Part shown: positions 1 to 12,384 of the stretch, one piece after another | How the letters are laid out: each line of letters opens with the position of its first letter | Numbering within the stretch: position 1 is the first letter of the stretch | Assembly (NCBI RefSeq): GCF_006345805.1 | Contig: NC_043013.1 | Location: forward strand, 1 to 64,000 | Source of the DNA: Octopus sinensis | Taxonomy: Eukaryota | Length of the DNA stretch: 64,000 nt | Direction: 5' to 3' | Made by a program: the position numbers and the translations under genes | The notes under the pieces: model-generated | Told to the model about the DNA's origin: nothing | The model's input: only the letters and a program-made list of their open reading frames with translations | The model's database searches: none

Positions 1-3000
1 TTGCATCAGAATAATTAGTTGGCCATTCTTACTGCTAACCAATCAACCATGGAAGAGGAATGAAAACTACATTCTTGGGGCAGGGGCATTTTTAGCCACA
101 TGAGCAAACAGAAAGTTATGTACTTTGCTTAGCAATCAGAGCAACAGTTGTAATTAACACATTTAAATTTATCACCATGTGGTCAGTAATTTAATTCCTA
201 AGCCTTTCAACCATAAACGATATCACAAATATATTAAGAAAATGATTAAGGCAAGAGTGAAAGAGAGAAATCAGAGAGAATTGACTAATTACACAAACCC
301 ATTGCAGTAACAGGGAAATAATTTGATATTTGTGTAATTAGTAGTAGTTATACATTACTCGTTTTAGGGAAAGAAAATATGTTTGTGAGAGCTGTGATTA
401 AACAATGCCACACTAACAAACGTTCCATATGCTGACACCTGGGTCACACTGTGTACCCAGATTCCACTTGTACATCCTAAACAATTGAATAAGGGTTATG
501 TTTTAGCCCCATGTCAACCTGCCTTGATCCAGAAGGCCTATCATCAAAGACAGTCTGGTTGTGACCATCTTATCAACATCATCATTATCATCAAGAACAG
601 TGTATCTAAAACTACATATACTAAGACCCCTTCATTTTTTCAAAGATGGTAGGGTGTAATTTCACAGAGATTTGGTTATCATTTCTATCAAGACAAGTTG
701 ACTGCATACATACCCTTCCCACATAAGCACAACAGAATATAGGGACCAAGCAGAGCTGTATTCACCATTGCAGGAAGTGCTCGATGTCTAATGAGTGTTT
801 TATAAGAACATAGTTTCATAAGGTTTGGCCTCCACCAAACTTCAACACACAAAGAAATATTCAGAAGTATTCTAAGGACCTAATAAGTTTTCAAACTTAC
901 ACATGTGTATATATGTATTTCATTATTATATTTGATGGATAATAATCTAATATCTAAAAAGAATTCTTGAGTTTTAATCTAAGAAAAATTTCATCAGATA
1001 TTTCCTATTAACAATGCTTTTCTTTTAATTTTAGTCTTCTATATTTCATACAAAGAATTATTTGCCTCCGTTATCTAAGTATGACCAGACATTAACATCT
1101 TTCCAACCTGGCAGACAAAACTGTGTTATAAACTAAGGCACATTAATAGTATTCTGAGATCTTAGTAATTTAAGGGTTGTTGTTCCCTGTCTGACCCCAA
1201 AAAGGTATCCATGAAGAGGCTCTGCTTATCACTGATTGTAGACATGCTAGCTTATCATCAGTTTACGTAGCTATCCACCAACAAGCATACTGTTTTCAAC
1301 AAAGTAGGAGATCAATAAAATTGAAATCTTAGAGGCACCTGTAAACTAAAAGATCAACTTTCATCAAAGCCCCTATCATTAGACTGCTTCATTTGGCACA
1401 GTTGACTAAAAAGATTTAAGACTCCTGTAATATTCTATAAAACATTGTGGAATGGGCGTGTGCTTTTTTTCTTTTCTTTTTTGTTTTATGAGCTTGAATT
1501 TGTAATGAAAGTAAGCATTAAACAGATATCATCACATCATCTACATTTCAAAAAGCAATTTAAAAGTAAAACCTTCATGGCAAGCCCAGTGATGGAGTAA
1601 TTATGAAAATACATCAACTAGAACAGTTGAATAATGACATAAGATAGGCCAATGCTAAGAGATGGTGAATTAATTAATTGTCCTTTTTTTTTTTTTTTTT
1701 TTTTTTTGGTTACTGATTGTAGAATGACTATTCTGCTTTCAGTTCAGAACTGCAACCACCAACACTAATTATTTCAATACTGTTCAGCAGTGCATGATCT
1801 TGGCTGTTTTCACAATTCTAACATCTACTAGAATAAATCAATCTCAAATCTGAACTTTCAAGAGAAAGCACATTCCTTATGCAAAGGTTCTTTTCCTAAA
1901 AAATGATCAGATATGTTCTAAAGAAATAGAAATTTCATAAAAGAAGGACAAACTAAGCTCAAGAACTAGAAAACCCATTTTGTGAGTGTGAAGGCAAAAG
2001 GTTTCATTAAAGGAAGGATATGTTGCCATTCAAAGCATGTTGCTTTGTTTTCTTTTAAAAAACAATGAAAATTTTATTTTGCAGAATTATGTAAATTCAA
2101 CATTCTCCAGACACCTAGGCATGGTGCCATATGGTTCCACAGCAATATGGCACAATTTTCTTGTTGAAAACTACTTGTCCAGAAGGGGACCCTTTAAACT
2201 GGTCATCTGAAGGTATCACAAGAATATTACTCCTGAAATCTCTGCTGGGTGAAACAGGATGTGGGAGAAGGAGGAGGGCATAAAATTAAGAATTCCCTTT
2301 CCTTAAAGGGAAATTAGTATTCTTGAATAAAAATTTAGGGGTTTTTTTTGTTTTGTTTTTTAATGTCCTGGCTTAAAATCAATTAGATTAATTAATAAAA
2401 TAAATTTTGGCAGCATGTTAGCATCTTGAGTGTATGTTTGTTTAGTGTCTGATACACACATTATTGTTATTATTATCACTATCATTACCACCACCATTAC
2501 CATAATCAATGGTCATTATTATCAAAGTGGCATTTACATTCCCAAATAATTAGAATTCTGTCTGTCAGTCTCTCTTTTTCTGGAGATTTCTTATCTCTAT
2601 TTTAATTTCCATTTATAATCATGTCAACAACAACTTCAGGTTTGCTCAATTCACACCCAGTATATCAACATTTAAGACAAACTAACAAAATAAATTCTAA
2701 GTAAACACTTATCTTGCTCAATATAGCAACCAAATCTTCCTCATTTTCAAAGTGGGGGCCTTTGTTTTACATTTCAGATCATTCATTCATTACAATAAAG
2801 GGAACATGGCCAAGGCTAGAAACACCAGTGAAATGCTTTGTTTAATAAGTTACCTTTTGACTACAGTTCTGTCCAAGAGCTGACTGTGGCTACTCAACAA
2901 TAACATTCAACAATGAAGATTGTTACCTCTTATTCCAACAACTGTACATTCATTAATATGTTGGCACAAAAATCTCCAAATTGGAACTAAGGTAAAAAAA

Positions 3001-3287
3001 AAAAAAATTAAGTAATTTCTTTAAAAGTCAAAAGAAAATAAAAATAAAAAAAGCTAACACAAACATTGTTCTCCCCACCCACCCCCACCCTGAAATACAA
3101 ACAACACTTTCAGTTTAAACATTAAAAAAAAAAAACATGGGGATCAAAAAATTTATCAATAGTGACATTGGTAAAATAATTTAGGATTTGCTGCCCAATG
3201 GTGAGGGGTACTGATTAAGGAAAAAACAAAAACTAATTATAATTTTAAGCAGAGTGATTAAGGCTTAAGTATTTTTATTACAATAAT

Positions 3288-3325
<38 letters not shown>

Positions 3326-3379
3326 GTTGTTGTTGTTATTATAATCATCATCATCATCATCATCATCATCATTATTATT

Positions 3380-3612
3380 ATTGTTGTTGTTGTTGATTTG
3401 ACTCAGGTTCGTTCTTATTCCTGGTAGAATTTATGTGGGTAGCAGGCTACTACCTGTAACATTAGGTATCCACAAGCTTTCAATAGTCTTTCAAGTATTT
3501 AAGACCCTCCTGATAATCTTTCCTGTCCCTAAGAGGCAAATTTTCTGTAGAAGCTCTACAGGACATTCTATTCCAATCTCCTTCAACCGTTTGAAAGGAG
3601 ATTGCAATAATT
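3380..3612 (-). mobile_element. 5'-truncated R4/Dong-type (RLE) non-LTR retrotransposon 3' end
   Basis: Frame absent from the ORF track: 3610-3491 = LLQSPFKRLKEIGIECPVELLQKICLLGTGKIIRRVLNT*, matching the RLE C-terminal LQKxxLLGTxxIxRxVL motif. Flanked by (TAA)n and (AAC)n/(AAT)n/(GAT)n. Confidence 0.7.
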
Positions 3613-4180
3613 GGAATTATTATTATTATTATTATATTATTATTATTATTATTATTATAATGATTTTTGTATATTGGCACAAGATCACAAATGTTATTAT
3701 GGGGTGGATTGGTACATAATAAGGATTTCATTTATTGGCACAAAACTACACAATTAGAGGTTGGTTGACTTCCAATTATATTAATGGTAATTATTTTTAT
3801 CAACCCCCAGAGGAATGAAAGGCAAAGTGGAACTTAAGTAGGAGTTTGAACACAGGGGATTAATAACAATAATAACAATTATTTTAATTAATTAATTGTC
3901 ACATGGCCATGTTGCAAAGGAATACCATCATCATCATCATTACAAATATTTGTAATATCATGGTGAAAGTGTAGAACAAAATATTCCAGAATGTTACAAT
4001 TTGGTAAAGATCCACTTCAAGAATTGTGCAAATTGTTCTTGGATCTATATACACCTTCTTCCTTGTTAAAGTTTTTCACATTTAATTAATCTAAATGGCA
4101 AATGAGTTGAACAATAGAAAAACTAGAAAATTGTAAAGCACAGGTGATTATTTTCTTCTTTAAAACCAAGGTATTTTAAA

Positions 4181-4222
<42 letters not shown>

Positions 4223-4627
4223 CTTAACCATACAGAAGATTCCCAGATCAAAGAATGACATTAGAAAAAAAAAATGACAAAACATTAGGAAGAAGAGGGA
4301 GAAAAATACAATAAGCCAAGTATTGCTGTTGATTTTGGTAGAATAGAATTTTGTCCAAATCTCATTTAAGTAAAGGGGAGAAAAATTCAGTGGTTTTAAA
4401 ATATTTTTAAAAAAACAAAAAAATTTTCTTTGAAATTTTTTTTTTACAATGTTTTAAAAGAATTATTAAAATACAAAGAAAAATAAATATGAGAGACAGT
4501 GGTTCCTTTAGTTCAAAATGTAAAAATGAGAATTCTAAACACAATGATGAATGAAAAACAAAAACTCTTATGACAAGGCATTCAGCAGGAAAAAAAAAAA
4601 AAAAAAAACATAATAATGATTTCAAAT

Positions 4628-5060
4628 TTTGGCACAAGGCCAGCAATTTCAGGGGAGGGGGTAAGTCGATTACATCGACCCCCCAGTGTGCAACTGGTAC
4701 TTCTTTTATTGACTGTCAAAGGATGAAAGGCAAAGTCAACCTCAGCAGAATTTGAACTCAGAATGTAAAGACAGGCAAAATGCCACCAAGCATTTTACTA
4801 GCCATGCTAACGATTCTGCCATCTGCTGCCTTTAAAAACGATGATAATCATAGCAATTGTTTCTTGTGGTAACATGGGCATAAAGCTCGTTTTGGGGAAA
4901 GAGATTAGTCAATTAAACTGACCCCAGTGCTTGACTGGTACTTTATTTTATCAACCCTGAAAGGATGAAAGGCAAAGTTGACCTCGGCAGGATTTCAAGT
5001 CAGAACATAACAAATTAAACCACATAGTTGCAAAGCATTTTGTTCTAAAGCTCAAATGGT
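4628..5060 (-). mobile_element. Two tRNA-derived SINE copies (octopus OR/OK-type, Deu/Nin-like core)
   Basis: Core gactttgcctttcatcct..ggtcgat..aagtaccagt recurs at about 7655-7881(+), 21630-21810(-), 22005-22230(+), 38595-38710(-), 56865-57050(-), 59320-59490(-) and 60040-60240(-). Family name is from memory. Confidence 0.8.
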
Positions 5061-5296
5061 TTTCCTAATAATAACTATAATAGCAATAGTAATAAAATTT
5101 AAAAACATAATTGAAGCTAAGTTTGCTTTTTAAAATGGTGAAAATAAACTTTCAATATATTTTCTTCAAAAGAAAGATTAGCCAGTATGAATTAATCTAG
5201 GCTCCTATATTTAGAATCACAGGTATATTCAGGTGTAAAAGTTAAAAGTATTTTTTGATTTGGATCAGACCAAAACTAACAAATGTACATACATAA

Positions 5297-5333
<37 letters not shown>

Positions 5334-5337
<4 letters not shown>

Positions 5338-5877
5338 GGTGAGTCAAAAAGTAATACCATTTTGTTTAGGAGAGGTATAATTACCAACACGGGAACATGT
5401 ATCATGCTTCAACATGAAGCTGGTCCTCTGTGGATCACATTGCTACTTCTCAACATAGTCACCATTTCTCTCAATAGCAATGTTCCACCTTTGAATGAGA
5501 GCATGTACCCCTGCCCGTGAAATTCTGTTGACTGTTCTTTGAGCCACTTCTTCACTACAGTTTTCACTTCCTTGTCACTGGAATAATGCTTGCCTCACAA
5601 ACCCTCTTTCATAGGGGCAAAGAGATGATAGTCCAGTGACAAGGAAGTGAAAACTGTAGTGAAGAAGTGGCTCAAAGAACAGTCAACAGAATTTTACGGG
5701 GCAGGAATACATGCTCTCATTTGAAGGTGGAACATTGCTATTGAGAGAAACGGTGACTATGTTGAGAAGTAGGGATGTGATCCACAGAGGACCAGCTTCA
5801 TTTTGATGTATGACACATGTCCCTGTGTTGGTAATTATACCTGTCCTAAACAAAATGGCATTACTTTTTCACCCTCA
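5334..5877. mobile_element. Mariner-derived fold-back MITE with about 248-bp inverted arms
   Basis: Arms 5334-5582 and 5632-5877 are near-perfect reverse complements, spacer 49 bp, TA on the left. The arms encode a transposase C-terminus (SDKEVKTVVKKWLKEQSTEF..RWNIAIERNGDYVEK*); the spacer encodes DYHLFAPMKEGL on the minus strand. Confidence 0.9.
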
Positions 5878-5887
5878 TGCATGTATG

Positions 5888-5944
<57 letters not shown>

Positions 5945-7432
5945 TGTGTGTGTGTGTGTGTGTGTTGTGTGTGTGTGGTGTGTGTGTGTGGTGTGTGTGT
6001 GTGTGTACATATATATAATGTACATAGGTATATACTTATATACATATGTCTGCATACACACACACACACACATATATATATATATGCATATACATAAATA
6101 TATATACATGCATAAAGACACACACACATATAGATATATAAAAAAAGTATATATGCAACATAAATGTATGTGTGCATATAAATACACACATACACAAATG
6201 AGTGTATATACATATACCATATACACACACGATTGTAAATATAAGCATATATATATATAAAAGCATATATGTGTATATATATATATATCCAACATAGCCA
6301 CATTTACACACATGTAAATCTACAATAGGGATTTTATTTTTGTATTTGCACAAGTAATTTCATGTTTTATGAAACAATCATCAGGGTGAACTTTTATATA
6401 AACACTGTCGAGTGCACACACACACACACGTGTGTGTGTGTGTATTTATATATATGCATATATTATATACTCACACACACAGATAAAAAGTAAATTGTGA
6501 AAATCCAGTGTTGTTGGAAGTTGGCCATAAATATATTCTTTTTTATGTAATTTTATCGAGTGTGAATAGCGTGTGTGTGTATGTATGTATATATATATTA
6601 TATTATATAAATGGATATCTCTGTGTATGTAAATGGATATATACATATGTATATGTACGTGTGTATATATACACACACACATACATACATATAGATATCT
6701 TCACACACACATATATATTTACTTATGTATTTACACACATATATTTACTTATGTATTTAAATGTGTGTACATATGATATATAACTGAGATCCCAACAAGC
6801 TGTTAATTATAAAAAATATAGCAACCAATGTCCAACAATTCATAGCAAATACGATCAATGCTTTGCTTCTTTTTTTTTTTTTCTTCTTTTGAATATTTTC
6901 AAAATTAAAGGGGAGGGGCAAGTGAGAAGAAAAAATAAAACACACTTCAAAAAAGAAGCTAACAAATCTAGCTTACATATTTTTTTTGCTTTTCTTTTCA
7001 TTTTGCTTGCATTATAAACAGTGCCATTGAGATTATAAGTTTGAAAGCAAGAAACAGCAAACATTCATGACATCATTATATTCCCAGAAGAAGAGAAAAG
7101 AAAAAGAGAAAAAAAAAATGATAGATTGCGAATCTAGTGAAAGTATGACTGTTTAATCATATAGCCATGTCTTTGAATATTGAAGACAAGTTTTCTACAT
7201 TTTGGTAAGGCAGCAACACCTCTCCACCCACTGCACTGATAAGAATTTGTTTCTAAAAGAATAAAAAAAAAATGAAGGAACTCCCCTCCTCACCCCCCCC
7301 CCCCGGTTAAGTGAAGTGAAATGGTTTCAAGTAGGAATCAAAAGAGGGAGGCGAAAGCAGCTCCTGTCTTAAATTTCCTTTGCTGTGTAGGGATAATTAT
7401 TGTCACCATATCGAATGTGTATATATACATGT

Positions 7433-7990
7433 GTAGGCACGTGGTTTAGTGGTTAAGGCATTCACCTCACAATTGGAAGGTCCTGAGTTCGATTTCCAGC
7501 AGCGCCTTGTGTCCTTGAGCAACACCCTTTATTTCATGTTGCTCCAGTCCACTCAGCTGGCAAAAAGGAGTCATACCTGTAATTCAAAGGGGCCAGCCTT
7601 GTTACGTTGTGCGTCAGACTGAATCTCCCCACTGAGAACTACTTTGATGGTATGCGGCGAACTGGCAGAACGTTAGCACGCCGGGCGAAATGCTTAGCGG
7701 TATTTCGTCTGTGTTACGTTGTGAGTTCAAATTCCGCCGAGGTCGACTTTGCCTTTCATCCTTTTGGGGTCGATAAATTAAGTACCAGTTACGAACTGGG
7801 GTCGATGTAATCGACTTAATACCTATGTCTGTCCTTGTTTGTTCCCTCTGTGTTTAGCCCCTTGTGGGTAATAAAGAAATAGGTATGCATGTCCGTGGAG
7901 TACTCAGCCACTTGCACGCAACTTTCACAAGCAGGCTGTTCTGTCGATTGAATCAACTAGAGCACTTGTCACTGTAACCGACAGAGAGCC
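7433..7990 (+). mobile_element. tRNA-headed SINE interrupted by a second SINE (about 7656-7881) with a 7-bp TSD
   Basis: ggtatgc at 7649-7655 and 7882-7888. An uninterrupted copy of the host at about 32685-32995 has a single ggtatg; another host copy lies at about 61135-61830(-). Confidence 0.85.
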
Positions 7991-8343
7991 AGAACATGAA
8001 TGTGTGTATAAATATATATGTATATACATACACACACACACATACATACATACATACATAAATAAATAAATGATACATTGATATACACAGAAAACATATG
8101 TACATGCACATTTATATATTTAAATATGCAAATATATATCATATACATGCACAACTATATACATACATGTGTATGAATATATTCTCATATACATTTACAT
8201 ATACACCCAGTATATGTAAAGGTATAAAAATGTGTGTATATATACATATATATGTACATATATAGACAGTTACACATACACATATGTATAACATATGTAC
8301 ATATATACATAAATATGAATGTGTGTCTGTGTGTGTGTATCTA

Positions 8344-8388
<45 letters not shown>

Positions 8389-8389
<1 letters not shown>

Positions 8390-8700
8390 CTCATCTGCAA
8401 ATGCATGGAAAACGAACCTCCACCAACTATTCTGCCAATATGTCCGTGCACACCTTTGAATGCAGTGTATGCCAAAAGGTTTGAAAATCCAACGGAGGCC
8501 TCAAAAGATATTTTAAGATCAGAACAAAGAGCAGAACTTATCTGCAGCTCTTCTTGGTGGTCCAAATCAGATGTGCAATCTATGTGGGTGTCTTTTCAGA
8601 ACATTGTCTGGTTTAAAAAGCCACATCAGATGCCATGATGGTTCTAAAGTGTAGGTACAGGAGGCGGTCAAACTCTGTATAAGGAGTAGACAACCACCAT
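8389..8700 (+). mobile_element. Non-LTR retrotransposon 3' end (RTE-like) with degenerate C2H2 fingers
   Basis: Encodes [21 protein letters not shown] and [26 protein letters not shown], ends gtagacaaccaccat next to (TA)n; homologous copy at 22604-22958(-). Confidence 0.6.
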
Positions 8701-9214
8701 ATATACATATATATATATATAAATATATGTATATATATATACACACACACACACCTTTACACATATGTAGGTACAAACACACACATACACACTATATATA
8801 TATACACACACACACTGCATGCTTCCATGCTTTGACTATCCATCAGGAATTTCTTAGGCAAACAGCAGGGCAGTGTTTATTATTTAAACTTGTTGCTTAC
8901 AGTGAATTTGCAAAAAAAGCTAAAATATAAATAAATAAAAGGTGTATGAAAATAAATATTTCAAAAGGTGTTTAAAAGATGATGGCAATAAAAGATTGAA
9001 GATAATGAAAAAAAGGGTATCTGGTGTGTTACCACTTCCAGCTTGATTATATCTTAGACTTTGCCCTATATCTTTGCTATTCAGAGATCACTGAGAGAAG
9101 CTCACTCTTCATGAGGCTGTGATTGATAAAGCGGGGGGGGGGGGAGAAAGAAAAGAGAGAAAGAGAAAATAATCAATCAGGAATATATTTACAGGGGAGC
9201 TTTACATTTCATGC

Positions 9215-9250
9215 AATGTGTGTGTGTGTGTGTATTTATGTATGTATGTT

Positions 9251-9288
<38 letters not shown>

Positions 9289-9370
9289 CATGTGTATGTA
9301 TATATATATGTGTGCATATATATATATATATATATACACATACATGTATGTATGCATATATACATATATA

Positions 9371-9421
<51 letters not shown>

Positions 9422-9571
9422 ATGCATATATATATATATGTGTGTGTGTGTATATATATATAATATATATATACATGTATGTATGCATATATACATATAT
9501 ATGTGTATATATATATATATGTATATATATATATGTGTGTGTCTGTATGTATATATGTATATATATGTATG

Positions 9572-9610
<39 letters not shown>

Positions 9611-9648
9611 TGTCTGTATGTATATATGTATATGTATATATATGTATG

Positions 9649-9688
<40 letters not shown>

Positions 9689-9694
9689 TGTATG

Positions 9695-9740
<46 letters not shown>

Positions 9741-9746
9741 GCATAC

Positions 9747-9779
<33 letters not shown>

Positions 9780-9793
9780 TATAATATGCATAC

Positions 9794-9824
<31 letters not shown>

Positions 9825-9841
9825 GATATATATATGCATAC

Positions 9842-9892
<51 letters not shown>

Positions 9893-9923
9893 TACATATA
9901 TATATATATGTATATATATATAT

Positions 9924-9960
<37 letters not shown>

Positions 9961-10064
9961 GCATACATATATATATATATATGTATATATATATTATATA
10001 ATATATATATATATATAATATATATATATGCATACATATATATATATATATATGTGTGTGTCTG

Positions 10065-10132
<68 letters not shown>

Positions 10133-10230
10133 ATAAACAGGATACGTGGGATGAGTAACCTAATATTACTAAGAACAATGACAGACGTGAAACCAATGGT
10201 AACTTTCTGACTGGCCATAACCAATGACTA

Positions 10231-10290
<60 letters not shown>
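9215..10290. repeat. About 1.07-kb compound (TA)n/(TG)n microsatellite with a ~95-bp unique island at 10136-10232
   Basis: Direct reading. Other large dinucleotide tracts lie at 5890-6780, 7990-8390, 31130-32260 and 53360-53750. Confidence 0.95.
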
Positions 10291-10295
<5 letters not shown>

Positions 10296-10299
10296 CCCA

Positions 10300-10560
10300 T
10301 ATATATAAACAAAACATTCAAATGCTAAGATACGAAATAAGATGTCACCATTGTTAATATCATCTGTGGATAAAATTTTAAATTGATGGTATCAACGGTA
10401 GTAGCATAGGCGGTCCACAGGCAAATAGCATTATTTAGCTATGAATTGCATATTTGCATAAAGCGTAAGGATGCATAAAAGCATACAGCTGCTAGAAATA
10501 AGAGCTAAAGTCTTAATTAAACCACCATATATATATTCAAATATATATAAGATATATAAA

Positions 10561-10606
<46 letters not shown>

Positions 10607-12349
10607 AAGTTTTACATGTAATACTGATATGAACTACTAGAGTTACCTGAAACAAAAGATCATCTCAGATGAAGATTGTCTTTGAATTACCTTTCATTGA
10701 ATACTGTTAATAATTATAAGATGAACATGGTTATACTTTCAGGGTGAACTATATAAAATTTGAGTCAATACATTTCTATAATGCTTCTATTTCATTCAGC
10801 CAATTTATAAATATACAGTCCTTTAATAAGTCAGCTGTAAGAAATTTATTTAATAAAATCAAGTCATTCGATTAGAATTTAGAAATACAAGCTACCCAAA
10901 TGGGCAGGGTTCTCAAATGTCATAATTAAAATTCATTGAAATGATACAATTAATGCAGACTTTGCCAAGTGTTATACATCCTGATTACACACCAGAAATC
11001 TAAATAAGATGAATAATGAAAATCTTAATGAGGTGTAAATCTTCTCAAATAAATACAATTTTTTCCTGTGAGTTATGAGTTTGTTGTGACAAAAGTTGAA
11101 TGAATTTTTAAGTGTTTTGAAAGGCAACTGGAGTGTAAAAAGTATCAACTCTAGTATATTATGTAAATTTGTAAAACTATCCAACCTATGCTAATATGCT
11201 ACAGTATAAAGAAAAATCTGATGCAAAATATTGGAAAGTAAAAATAAACCAAAGCCAGGACAATAATTTAATACAAACATAGAAATATATTTGAGAATTT
11301 CAGAATTTTTCTATAATTGTCTCTTTTTTTCTTTAAAAAAAAACATTCCAACACACAGCTAAATAAAATATAAATATGAGAATACCAAGAACCGAACTTC
11401 TGATTAGACTGTTTTGAGATTCTTGTCAAAAAGAAAAAAAGAATTCACATATCAATGGAGAGAAACAGATGTAAAAGGATGGAGGTGTTTCAAGTGGAAA
11501 TAAATATTGAAGATTTGATTGAATGAAATATGAATTGCAAAATCACTTCAAGGCCTTGAAAAATATGGGTAACAAGTTGTTTTCCAAAGATATAAGACAG
11601 TCCAGACAGATTTTCGCAAGCATGAAGACACTCACTCTAATGGACAGATTCATTTGTACCTTAATGTAACATCACACATCCTTCTGAGGAGCTAACACCA
11701 AAGACTCCCTCTTTGTGTAATTCTTGAGAAAATTACATTTCAAGTGGGTTCTGTAGAAGCTGCTCAAACACCAGAGGAAGATTTGAAATCAGCACCATGG
11801 TACTTTCCACGTCACAGAGATGGATGAGGCCATTGAGAGTTAAATGCCATTGTTAAGAATGGTGTACCAACCCCTAGCTGACATGGATAGTTACAACCAC
11901 AGCTTCCTTACACTTGCAGAAACCATTTCACTTCCATAGCCATTACAAAAATATTGAAATTGAAAAATATTTTTGAAATACTCTATGAAAAAAAAAAAGA
12001 AAACACTAGAAATAAAAGAAGAGAAAAATAGTTGAAATATTCAAAATGAATGTTCTGGATTGAGGAATAATGCAAAGAACTGTCTGCTTACTGTGATCCA
12101 ACCCAGAGAGGCACATACTGATTGTTTCAGAACAAATAAACAAAAAATGATGTCTAAAGATTTTTTTGAACAGTTTTAAAATTCTTTAAAAGATAATCTT
12201 AAACTGGACAACTTGTCAAGGCACAAAACCAGGGTCTTTTTTTTTTGTTTGTTTTTTTACAAGCAATACTTGGTGAGAAGATGAAAGAAATGATTCATTA
12301 TCTTTTCTACATGAGATTCACTTATGAAAAAAAAAATCAACAAAAAGAA

Positions 12350-12384
<35 letters not shown>

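Noticed and set aside
1680-2260. Plus-strand splice acceptors suggesting exons
   Set aside because: No open frame or matching donors; T-rich AG sites are common in this AT-rich DNA.
7433-7520. tRNA genes (here and at about 32690, 33740, 41945 and 46630)
   Set aside because: A/B boxes are present but there is no full cloverleaf, and each continues into a SINE body.
5803-10292. Long YI/CV/HT-rich ORFs
   Set aside because: Translations of (TA)n, (TG)n and (CA)n microsatellites; the same applies to similar ORFs elsewhere in the window.
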